Part shown: one piece after another, positions 10,299 through 18,548 of the stretch
Numbering within the stretch: position 1 is the first letter of the stretch
Layout: each line of letters opens with the position of its first letter
Assembly (NCBI GenBank): GCA_037131225.1
Contig: JBAXRM010000001.1
Coordinates: forward strand, 2,672 to 66,671
Length of the DNA stretch: 64,000 nucleotides
Direction of reading: 5' to 3'
DNA from: Nostocales cyanobacterium ELA583
GTDB taxonomy: Bacteria; Cyanobacteriota; Cyanobacteriia; Cyanobacteriales; Nostocaceae
The notes under the pieces: model-generated
Databases searched by the model: none
What the model was told of the DNA's origin: nothing
The model's input: only the letters and a program-made list of their open reading frames with translations
Made by a program: the position numbers and the translations under genes

Positions 10299-10635
10299 TT
10301 GTTTGATAGCTTACGTAGCGTAGCTATAAAGTGTTTCACTGTGAATTTAGGCACTTTTAAATCTCCCCTAATCCCCCTTAATAAAGGCTATCGTGTACAC
10401 ACAAGTAATTGAATCGCCCCCTAACCCCCCCAAATTGGCCCAAAATTGGGGATTTAGGGGGCGAAATAGACCGAAACGAAGACAGCTAGGACTTGTGTGT
10501 ACACCGTAGCTTAAGAAAGGGGGAACCAGAATCAAAGTCTCCCTTTTTAAGCTTTTTAAGGGAGATTTAGAGGGATCTAAAACTTTTAATACCGACAAGA
10601 GGACTTTATGGCTAACGTCACGCAAGCTATCAAAC
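10299..10635. mobile_element. about 337-bp MITE-like, hairpin-forming non-coding element
   Basis: Terminal inverted repeats are GTTTGATAGCTTACG (10301-10315) and CGCAAGCTATCAAAC (10621-10635), with one mismatch. Nested inverted pairs are gtgtacacacaagt/acttgtgtgtacac and cgccccctaa/ttagggggcg, with a central palindrome near 10445. No credible ORF. Confidence 0.55.
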
Positions 10636-11101
10636 ATCCTCTTAGTATAGGGAATAGGGAATGGGGATATGTTTACAGCAAGATAAGTGTAACTATTTAT
10701 ATATTAAAGTGGAAAATATTAGTCCTATAATAAACGAATACTGATAATATTCAGGATATATTACTCACAAACCTACTAGAAGCATAGATTACTAACGAAT
10801 GCCAGTAACCGTTGTTTTTCTTTGATATCTACTACCAAGTATTTCTCAAACAGTAATGTTTTGTTCAATGTACAAAGCTCTACTACAGCTATTGTAAAGA
10901 TTTTATAGTTTCTTCCGTAGACTTGAAAGTAAAAAAATAGCTGATATTGCCATTTTGGCAGGTCTTTCTGCCACAAATGGGATATTACTGGATAGTAGCA
11001 ATGTTTCGTAAATTTTTTACCATTAACCTAAGAACTGTTACAGCCACCTCAATCTTGACTGCGGTAATTCTTTAGCCATTGAAATCACTAGGAAATAATT
11101 T

Positions 11102-12340
11102 ATGTTATCATCACTATCTTCTCAAAATGTTATCCAGTATCTGCTCAATGCAGGACTGTGTAGCGCGGAAGATGGCGCTGCATATAAATCTGTATTGCCA
11201 GAGTATAGCCAGAAAAATCGAAATTTATTGGTAATACTGGCAGATAATCGCCAACTGCTGATTAAACAAGAGCGGAAAATTAATAATAATCAAAGTTCTC
11301 ACGAACTCTTTAATGAGTTGCTATTGCACCAGCTATTACAGCAATTTCCGGTGATTGGTAATATTGGCGCGATCGCATCATCATTGCTACACTTTGATGA
11401 GGAAAATTCTATCCTTGTGCGTAGTTACTTAAGCGAATATGTGGAACTAGGAAAATTTTATCAACACAGCAGTATTTTCCCCACAGCGATCGCCGGTGCC
11501 ATTGGTACTACGTTAGCAGGGTTACACCGAGCTACGTTTAATAAACGTGAGTATCGTGATTTTATGTCCACTGCACCCGCAGGACAGTTTCGCTATAATT
11601 TTTACAATCCCGCCCAAGGCATACAATCAATCAACCCAGATACATTTGGAACAATTCCCACTGAGGCTTTAGAATTTCATCGTCTCTATCAGCGTTACGA
11701 GAGTTTAGAATCTGCTATTGCTGATTTAGCTTATGAGTGGAAACCGTCTTGTTTAACTCACAACGATTTACAGTTAAGCAATATTTTGGTTCATTCTCGC
11801 TGGGAACAGCTAGATAATTGTTTGATTAGGCTAATTGACTGGGAAGCTTGCGGTTGGGGAGATCCAGCTTTTGATCTAGGAACTCTATTAGCAAGTTATT
11901 TAAGTATCTGGCTTTCTAGTTTCATAGTAGATCCGACATTGGAGTTAGAAGAATCTTTGAATTTAGCCATGATTCCTTTAGAGGAAATACAGCCTTCAAT
12001 TCTAGCTTTAATCTGCGCTTATCTTGATGCTTTCCCGATGATTTTAGACTATCATCAAGACTTCATTCTCCGAGTAATTAAGTTTGTTGGTTTAGCATTA
12101 ATTCAACAAATTCAAAACAGAATTGAATGTCAAAAATCCTTTGATAATAGTAACTTGTGTATGCTCGAAGTTGCTAAAAGTCTTTTGACTATGCCCGAAC
12201 AATCAGTATTAACTATTTTTGGTATCTCCCCATCAGAGATTTTACAATCTGTCCCCACACTCCAGAAACTTCCACAGCCCCATAAAGAACAAAAATTAGT
12301 TCGTCTTTATTACGAAAAAACTCGTCTACGTGGTTGTTAG
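11102..12340 (+). CDS. aminoglycoside-phosphotransferase (APH)/choline-kinase-fold kinase
   Basis: Catalytic loop HNDLQLSNILV and metal-binding block LIDWEACGWGDPAFDLG. 412 aa. Confidence 0.7.
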   Translation: MLSSLSSQNVIQYLLNAGLCSAEDGAAYKSVLPEYSQKNRNLLVILADNRQLLIKQERKINNNQSSHELFNELLLHQLLQQFPVIGNIGAIASSLLHFDEENSILVRSYLSEYVELGKFYQHSSIFPTAIAGAIGTTLAGLHRATFNKREYRDFMSTAPAGQFRYNFYNPAQGIQSINPDTFGTIPTEALEFHRLYQRYESLESAIADLAYEWKPSCLTHNDLQLSNILVHSRWEQLDNCLIRLIDWEACGWGDPAFDLGTLLASYLSIWLSSFIVDPTLELEESLNLAMIPLEEIQPSILALICAYLDAFPMILDYHQDFILRVIKFVGLALIQQIQNRIECQKSFDNSNLCMLEVAKSLLTMPEQSVLTIFGISPSEILQSVPTLQKLPQPHKEQKLVRLYYEKTRLRGC

Positions 12341-12385
12341 TAATCTAATTCCTTTCGCTGACATATATATTTTTCAAAATTTGAG

Positions 12386-13483
12386 GTGCAAAACAAGTTA
12401 ATGTTTGATGATTCTACTAGTCAAATTTTCCAGTCATTATTAGATATTGCTACTAATATCCAGATTGAATCTAATTTTTGTATTTACCATCCCAATTATC
12501 AACCTTTTGCTTTACCCACTAACATAGCAAATAGGTTTCAACGAAATTCACCTTCTTTAAAACAGAAGTATTTGAATATATTGCTGAGAAATTTCCTCTA
12601 CGGTATTTATTACAATGGTTCACTACAAAAAGTCTTAGCTGCAAATAATCATAATTACCAATCTCAGGTGAATTTCCTAGAAAACAATAGTTTAGGTGTA
12701 AATGCAGATTTCTATGAACAACTACATCATAGCAATCATGGTACAGGTCATTATGAACCCAACTGGCAAATTTTGAGAATTGAACCTGATGGTAGTATGG
12801 CTGTTACTAAGGATGGTTTAACCCTATATATTGAGCCGGAATGTCATCTCCAACCCCAGAAAAAGTCGCCTAAAGTGGGGGAATTAATAGCAATATGGAT
12901 GCCTAAAAATCGCTTGCAAAATGGCTGTTATGTGGCAGTCAGCAATGTATCTATAGAAAACCAAGATTCACAAAGTAGTAATTTGGACGGAGGACGAATT
13001 TATTTTAATTTTACATCAGCCGGGGCGATCGCTATTATGAATAGCCTCACTCAAGCATTAAATAATGCGGCCATTGCCTTTAGTTTTCAAGTTCTTTATA
13101 ATCCCTCTACCTATGGGCGTTATGATGCTGGTATTCTGCATTTTGACATTCAAAATTACTCAATAATTCGCAATATTCTTAAAGATATTTATTCAGAATA
13201 TCAAGGTTATTTTCAGCCAGAAATTCCCCTGTTTACTAAGTTTTTAGCACCGGGATTAGGGTTAGCAGAAGAACCAAATCAAAAATTTGCTCCTCAAGAA
13301 AGTTTTGGGATGAATCGTTGTCAAATTGTTGCTAATGCCTTATTGGAATCCTGGGAAAAGGGTAAAAATGCTCTTGAGGAAAAAATAGAAATTATTAATC
13401 AACACTTTGCTCAACATTTGGTTGATATGCAGCATCCTTATCTCAATCCGGCTTCTGAGGATATATATCAACCTTTAATTTGA
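12386..13483 (+). CDS. HopA1-family (T3SS effector HopA1-like) protein; possible phospho-Ser/Thr lyase
   Basis: 365-aa ORF 45 nt downstream of the kinase on the same strand. I recognise it as the cyanobacterial family annotated as T3SS effector HopA1 family protein. The track start is GTG 12386; ATG 12401 is an alternative. The assignment is from memory, not from a visible motif. Confidence 0.5.
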   Translation: MQNKLMFDDSTSQIFQSLLDIATNIQIESNFCIYHPNYQPFALPTNIANRFQRNSPSLKQKYLNILLRNFLYGIYYNGSLQKVLAANNHNYQSQVNFLENNSLGVNADFYEQLHHSNHGTGHYEPNWQILRIEPDGSMAVTKDGLTLYIEPECHLQPQKKSPKVGELIAIWMPKNRLQNGCYVAVSNVSIENQDSQSSNLDGGRIYFNFTSAGAIAIMNSLTQALNNAAIAFSFQVLYNPSTYGRYDAGILHFDIQNYSIIRNILKDIYSEYQGYFQPEIPLFTKFLAPGLGLAEEPNQKFAPQESFGMNRCQIVANALLESWEKGKNALEEKIEIINQHFAQHLVDMQHPYLNPASEDIYQPLI

Positions 13484-13604
13484 GGAGAAATCTGTCAAAT
13501 TTTCTTCTGGTTTAATCCTTCGCATTTTTTTATTAATCAAAATAGCTATAACTTTCATCCATATTTAGATAATAATCAAATATTGAAGAATAAGGGGTGA
13601 TAGA

Positions 13605-14588
13605 ATGCGAGTATTTGTAACTGGTGGTACGGGGTTTATCGGTTCTCATGTCGTGCGATTACTTTTACAAGAAGGATACCAAGTTACAGCTTTGGTACGT
13701 CCTAGTAGTAACCTGGGAAATTTACAGGGTTTGGCTGTAGATATTGTCAAAGGTAATTTAAATGACCTAAATATCTGGGAACAGATGCAGGGTTGTGATT
13801 ATCTTTTTCATGTCGCTGCCCATTATTCCCTGTGGCAAAAAGACCGAGAATTGCTTTATCTTGATAATGTGGAAGGGACACGCAATATTTTAGCCGCAGC
13901 CCAAAAAGCCGGAATTAAACGCACAGTTTACACCAGTTCCGTGGCTGCAATTGGTGTGGGAAAATCTGGAGAAATTGTGGATGAAACCTATCAAAGTCCG
14001 GTAGAAAAATTAGTCGGAGACTACAAAAAATCTAAATTTCTGGCTGAACAAGTCGCAATGGAGGCTGTAAAAAAAGGTCAGGATATTGTCATAGTTAATC
14101 CTAGTAGTCCTATTGGTGCGTTAGATATTAAACCTACACCCACAGGGGATATTATTCTGCGGTTTTTACGGCGACAAATGCCAGCTTATGTGGATACGGG
14201 GTTAAATTTTATTGATGTCCGTGATGTGGCTTGGGGACATTTATTAGCTTTACAAAAAGGCAAGTCAGGCGATCGCTATATACTCGGTAATCAAAATCTT
14301 ACCCTTAAACAACTCCTAGAACAACTATCCCAAATCACTAATTTACCCGCACCCCAAACATCTATACCAGCCTGGATACCCCTTACTGTAGCCTGGATAG
14401 ACGAAAAAATCCTCGCACCTCTAGGCAAAAATCCCGCAGTTCCCATAGATGGTGTTCGGATGGCACAGCAACCAATGTATTATGATGCTTCTAAAGCTAT
14501 CCGCGAATTAGGTTTACCTCAGTCCCCTCTGAATATAGCCCTCAAGGACGCTGTTGATTGGTTTATTTCCAATGGTTATGTTAACTGA
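13605..14588 (+). CDS. hpnA: hopanoid-associated sugar epimerase (NAD-dependent epimerase/dehydratase)
   Basis: VTGGTGFIGSHVVRLLL Rossmann motif, YKKSK catalytic block, IVNPSSPIG..DIKPTPTG and MPAYVDTGLNFIDVRDVA..HLLAL..G..G.RYILG..NLTLKQ. Close to the HpnA (TIGR03466-type) pattern and adjacent to hpnH. Confidence 0.8.
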   Translation: MRVFVTGGTGFIGSHVVRLLLQEGYQVTALVRPSSNLGNLQGLAVDIVKGNLNDLNIWEQMQGCDYLFHVAAHYSLWQKDRELLYLDNVEGTRNILAAAQKAGIKRTVYTSSVAAIGVGKSGEIVDETYQSPVEKLVGDYKKSKFLAEQVAMEAVKKGQDIVIVNPSSPIGALDIKPTPTGDIILRFLRRQMPAYVDTGLNFIDVRDVAWGHLLALQKGKSGDRYILGNQNLTLKQLLEQLSQITNLPAPQTSIPAWIPLTVAWIDEKILAPLGKNPAVPIDGVRMAQQPMYYDASKAIRELGLPQSPLNIALKDAVDWFISNGYVN

Positions 14589-14597
14589 TTGCTAATA

Positions 14598-14657
14598 GGT
14601 AATCGGTAATGGAAAATAGTTTTTTTCAATTACCAATCACCAATTACCAATTACCAA
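14598..14657. repeat. STRR-like heptamers: GGTAATC GGTAATG / (CAATTAC)x4-5
   Basis: Left arm at 14598-14612 and right array CAATTAC CAATCAC CAATTAC CAATTAC at 14627-14657. The arms are partly complementary. The heptamer family is the same as at 7990-8047. Confidence 0.8.
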
Positions 14658-14676
14658 ATTGAGGAGTGTTAGTTTC

Positions 14677-15693
14677 ATGGCGATTAATTTACAACAAGCA
14701 ATAGATATTGGTAAGTATTTAGTTACACAACGCCTCTTAGGGCGAAAACGCTTTCCCCTCGTCTTGATGTTAGAACCTCTATTCCGGTGCAATTTAGCTT
14801 GTACAGGTTGCGGAAAAATCCAGCATCCCGTGGAGATCCTCAAGCAAAACCTCACCCCAGAACAGTGTTTTAAGGCGGCGGAAGAATGCGGCGCACCAGT
14901 TGTTTCTATTCCCGGTGGAGAACCCCTACTACATCCCCAAATAGATGAAATTGTCGAGGGTTTAATTAAACGCAAGAAATATATTTACTTGTGTACTAAT
15001 GGTTTATTACTAGAAAAGAGTCTCGATAAGTTTAAACCTTCTCCCTATCTAACTTTTAGCGTCCATTTAGATGGAATGCGGGAATGGCATGATAAATGTG
15101 TAGATAGAAAAGGCGTTTTTGATACTGCTATCCAAGCGATTCGCGCTGCTAAAGCCAAGGGTTTTCGTGTCGCTACTAACACGACTATTTTTGAAGGTTG
15201 CGATATCCAAGAAATGCAGGGATTTTTCGACTTCCTGGAAACTCTAGGTACTGACGGGATGATGATTTCTCCTGGTTACAGTTATGAATGGGCGCCAGAT
15301 CAAGATCATTTTCTGCAAAAAGAACAAACCCGCGCTTTATTCCGGGAAATTCTCTCACCTTACACATCTGGTAAGAAAAACTGGAACTTTAATCACAACC
15401 CTTTATTCTTAGATTTTCTTATTGGTGAGAAAGACTATGAATGTACTCCTTGGGGTAGTCCTAGTTACAGTGTTTTAGGTTGGCAAAAACCTTGTTATCT
15501 GTTGAATGAAGGTTACTATGCAACCTTTCAAGAGTTGTTGGATAAGACTGATTGGAGTCAATATGGCGGTGCTAGTGGTAATCCTAAATGTGCTGATTGT
15601 ATGGTGCATTGTGGTTATGAACCAACCGCAGCAATGGATGCAATGCAACCGAAAAATATTGCTCGTTCTCTAACTACTGTGTTTGGTAGGTAA
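14677..15693 (+). CDS. hpnH: adenosyl-hopene transferase, radical SAM enzyme HpnH
   Basis: [24 protein letters not shown] (CxxxCxxC radical SAM), [54 protein letters not shown] and [12 protein letters not shown] are near-identical blocks to HpnH. The preferred start is ATG 14677, with GAGGAG at 14661-14666. The track start at 14659 is TTG. Confidence 0.9.
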   Translation: MAINLQQAIDIGKYLVTQRLLGRKRFPLVLMLEPLFRCNLACTGCGKIQHPVEILKQNLTPEQCFKAAEECGAPVVSIPGGEPLLHPQIDEIVEGLIKRKKYIYLCTNGLLLEKSLDKFKPSPYLTFSVHLDGMREWHDKCVDRKGVFDTAIQAIRAAKAKGFRVATNTTIFEGCDIQEMQGFFDFLETLGTDGMMISPGYSYEWAPDQDHFLQKEQTRALFREILSPYTSGKKNWNFNHNPLFLDFLIGEKDYECTPWGSPSYSVLGWQKPCYLLNEGYYATFQELLDKTDWSQYGGASGNPKCADCMVHCGYEPTAAMDAMQPKNIARSLTTVFGR

Positions 15694-15865
15694 TAATCAG
15701 GAATCAGGATACTCAGGATTTAAGGATGTACAGGATTAAGGAGTTATTTACACTCAATCTTGTTAGTCTTCAAATCTAGTAAATCCTGATTTTGATGGTA
15801 AAAATATGTGAATCAGGATAAAATAATTTTAAGATTAATCATTTGTACAATTGGAGATAGAAAAT

Positions 15866-16315
15866 ATGACATCACAACTGTATGAAACTGATTTTTATGC
15901 TTGGACATTGGAACAAGCAAAACTATTAAAGCAAGGACAACTAAATCAACTTGATATTTTAAATCTAATAGAGGAAATTGAATGTTTGGGTAAGCGAGAA
16001 AAGCAAGAATTAAGAAACCGATTAGGGATTTTAATTGGACATTTACTAAAGTGGGAATATCAAAGCGGTAAATGTAGTAATAGTTGGAAAGCTACAATTA
16101 GAGAACAACGTCGTCGGATTAAAGAACTTCTAGAAGAAAACCCTAGTCTTAAATCTTATCTATCGGAAGCAATGATTTCTGCTTATCAAGATGGTGTAGA
16201 TTTAGCAATTCAGGAAACTAATTTACCTGATACAACTTTTCCTGCTGAAAATCCTTATAGTATTTCTCAAATTCTTGATCCTGATTTTTTAGTTAATCAA
16301 GAGGACAATAAATAA
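15866..16315 (+). CDS. DUF29 domain-containing protein
   Basis: LYETDFYAWTLEQAKLLKQGQLNQLDILNLIEEIECLGKREKQEL...LLKWEYQ is the DUF29 signature. The ATG at 15866 is preceded by GGAG at 15853-15856, so I prefer it to the TTG at 15851. Confidence 0.8.
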   Translation: MTSQLYETDFYAWTLEQAKLLKQGQLNQLDILNLIEEIECLGKREKQELRNRLGILIGHLLKWEYQSGKCSNSWKATIREQRRRIKELLEENPSLKSYLSEAMISAYQDGVDLAIQETNLPDTTFPAENPYSISQILDPDFLVNQEDNK

Positions 16316-16504
16316 CCCATAATTTGGTTTATTTTTTATTGCAATAATTTTCTCTGGATGCTAAGAAAATTACTGAGAAGGAGAATGGGTGAATTATCAC
16401 CAGGAATTAAACAGCAAATTCAATCTCTTTCTGTCAATCAATTAGAAAATCTGGCGTTGCTGATTTGAGGTATGAAAATAATTTTCAATAATCTCAAAAC
16501 CCTT

Positions 16505-16531
16505 GTAGAGACGTTTATGGAACGTCTCTAC
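16505..16531. repeat. palindromic dispersed repeat GTAGAGACGTT-N-AACGTCTCTAC (copy 1 of 3)
   Basis: gtagagacgtttatggaacgtctctac. Further copies are at 62176-62219 and 63923-63950. Confidence 0.8.
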
Positions 16532-16579
16532 ATCTAAATTCATACTTGGTTTCAGCAACGCCTTCAATCGTAGGAGTCG

Positions 16580-17806
16580 TTAAGCAAAAAACTTTTCTAG
16601 ACAACGCACAAACATTTCCACACCCATTGGTAAAGCAGTTTCATCAAAATCAAATCGGGGATGATGATGAGGATAGTCTAATTTTTTCTCTGCATTTGCC
16701 GCACCGAGAAAAAAGTAACAACCAGGAACTTCTTGCAAGAAAAATGATATATCTTCCCCACCCATTGTTTGACATTCGGGGACAATACCAATAGGGGTTT
16801 CTATCACCTCTTCTGCTACTGAACGCACTAATTCAGCAATTCCAGCATCATTAATCACGGGTGGATAAAGATGGATATAATCTAAGTCATAATTTGCCCC
16901 GTGACTTTGGCAAATTCCTGCAATAATTTGTTGAATGTGGGCTTTAAAAAAACCTGCTAAATCAGGATTAAAATATCTCACCGTCCCACCCATTTTTGCA
17001 GTATCAGCAATCACATTAACTGCTGTCCCAGCATGGAATTCACCCACTGTGATAACCGCCGAATCAATGGGGTTAACATTACGGGAAACAATGGTTTGTA
17101 AAGCATTGACTATTTGTGCCGCTACAACTACAGAATCCACTGTTTGATGCGGCATTGCCCCATGACCACCTTTACCAAAGATGGTACAACGGAACAATTC
17201 AACAGCAGCCATTAATGCCCCAGCGCGGACTCCCACAGTCCCCAATGGCAGATTATTCCATAAGTGTAAACCGATAATGGCATCAACATCAGGGTTTTTA
17301 AGGACACCTGCTGCTATCATCGGTTTTGCCCCACCAGGACCTTCTTCTGCGGGTTGGAAAATAATTTTTACAGTCCCGCTAAAGTCTTGACGGTGTTGAT
17401 TGAGATAATATGCTGTACCGAGAGCGATCGCTGTATGTCCATCATGTCCACAAGCGTGCATCACTCCATCATGTTGAGAACAATAGGGAACTTTGTTGAG
17501 TTCTTGAATAGGTAAAGCGTCCATATCCGCGCGAATTGCTAATACTTTACCATTGCCAGGTTTTTCACCTTTAATAATAGCGACAATTCCCGTTTGAGCA
17601 ATTTCCGTTTGATGTTTAATTCCCCAACTTTGCAACTTTTGAGAAATAAATTCAGCCGTGATTTTTTCCTGAAAACCTAATTCTGGTTTTTGGTGGATTT
17701 CTCTTCTCCATTCCACTAATTGCGGTTGTAAAGCCCGAATTTCTGACCGCACATTTTTGAGATTTAATGTTGAAGACTGAGGTAATATAGAAACCATAGT
17801 TAGCAA
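16580..17806 (-). CDS. M20 family metallopeptidase / N-acyl-L-amino acid amidohydrolase
   Basis: IHQKPELGFQE, RADMDALP, HACGHDGH and FQPAEEGPGGA are blocks of the M20D amidohydrolase (hippurate-hydrolase-like) subfamily. Confidence 0.8.
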   Translation of the reverse strand: MLTMVSILPQSSTLNLKNVRSEIRALQPQLVEWRREIHQKPELGFQEKITAEFISQKLQSWGIKHQTEIAQTGIVAIIKGEKPGNGKVLAIRADMDALPIQELNKVPYCSQHDGVMHACGHDGHTAIALGTAYYLNQHRQDFSGTVKIIFQPAEEGPGGAKPMIAAGVLKNPDVDAIIGLHLWNNLPLGTVGVRAGALMAAVELFRCTIFGKGGHGAMPHQTVDSVVVAAQIVNALQTIVSRNVNPIDSAVITVGEFHAGTAVNVIADTAKMGGTVRYFNPDLAGFFKAHIQQIIAGICQSHGANYDLDYIHLYPPVINDAGIAELVRSVAEEVIETPIGIVPECQTMGGEDISFFLQEVPGCYFFLGAANAEKKLDYPHHHPRFDFDETALPMGVEMFVRCLEKFFA

Positions 17807-17813
17807 TTAAAAA

Positions 17814-18497
17814 TTAAAAAACTCCTAGCGATTCCCAATCTAAAACCCCAGCAACTTCTGCTAATTTTTCCAAATTTCTGGGATTTTCCAAATAAGGGAC
17901 ACAACCTAAAACGGGAATATTTGTCAATGATTGAATCAAATCTGGGGGAGTTAAATCAGCAATTTCTGACTCCGTGCGGGGTTGGGTACAATTCAGAATA
18001 ATTCCCCGCAGATTAATTTTATTTTGCCTAGCTAATGCTACATTAGCAACAGCTTGAGCGATCGCACCTAATCTCACAGGAACAACTAAAATAGTCGGTA
18101 ATCGCCATTCACCCGCCAAATCAGCCACAGTCAACTCATCAGTAACTGGTGAACCCAAACCTCCCAAAGATTCCACCAACACAAAATCACGCTGTTTTTG
18201 CAAAGCCAATAAAGAACGCCAAACTATTCCTAAATCAACTCGACGATTTTCCTTAGCCGCAGCTATGGGAGGGGCTAAAGGAGCTTGAAAATACATAGGA
18301 GTAATTTCCTCCGCTGACTGTTCCAAATTGAACAGAGTTTGGTACAGTTCTCTGTCTCCCACCCCCGATTGAATTGGCTTCATAATCCCCAAACTGCGCT
18401 GGGGATAGTATTTTTGCCAGTAAGCTGCTAAAGCTGCTGTGACAACAGTTTTACCAGCGTCCGTATCAGTTCCCGTAATCAGTAAAGTATTCAACAA
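17814..18497 (-). CDS. bioD: dethiobiotin synthase
   Basis: [20 protein letters not shown]-loop, ...[11 protein letters not shown].... The size and pattern fit BioD. It ends 7 nt upstream of the M20 gene. Confidence 0.85.
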   Translation of the reverse strand: MLNTLLITGTDTDAGKTVVTAALAAYWQKYYPQRSLGIMKPIQSGVGDRELYQTLFNLEQSAEEITPMYFQAPLAPPIAAAKENRRVDLGIVWRSLLALQKQRDFVLVESLGGLGSPVTDELTVADLAGEWRLPTILVVPVRLGAIAQAVANVALARQNKINLRGIILNCTQPRTESEIADLTPPDLIQSLTNIPVLGCVPYLENPRNLEKLAEVAGVLDWESLGVF

Positions 18498-18548
18498 AGT
18501 TTCCTGCTAAAAATAACAACTCAACTTGCTTCTTTTGATAATTTAGCG

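Noticed and set aside
10368-10637. 89-aa minus-strand ORF
   Set aside because: It lies wholly inside the palindromic MITE-like element. The translation (PLKSLKRETLILVPPFL...) is the usual artefact of these repeats.
10977-11075. 32-aa ORF (MGYYWIVAMFRKFFTINLRTVTATSILTAVIL) upstream of the kinase/HopA1 pair as a lanthipeptide-type precursor
   Set aside because: It contains Thr and Ser but no Cys and has no recognisable ribosome-binding site. The hydrophobic composition looks accidental in AT-rich DNA. It remains only a remote possibility.
14637-14975. 112-aa antisense ORF and the TTG 14659 start proposed for hpnH
   Set aside because: The antisense ORF overlaps the strongly conserved hpnH 5' region. 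For hpnH itself, ATG 14677 has a proper GAGGAG spacing and matches where homologues begin.
16385-16468. 27-aa ORF MGELSPGIKQQIQSLSVNQLENLALLI
   Set aside because: It looks like the N-terminal fragment of a short antitoxin-like protein, but it is truncated, has no partner and is too short to support.
16546-17390. Plus-strand ORFs of 69-82 aa
   Set aside because: They are antisense to the M20 amidohydrolase gene, and the translations are low-complexity.
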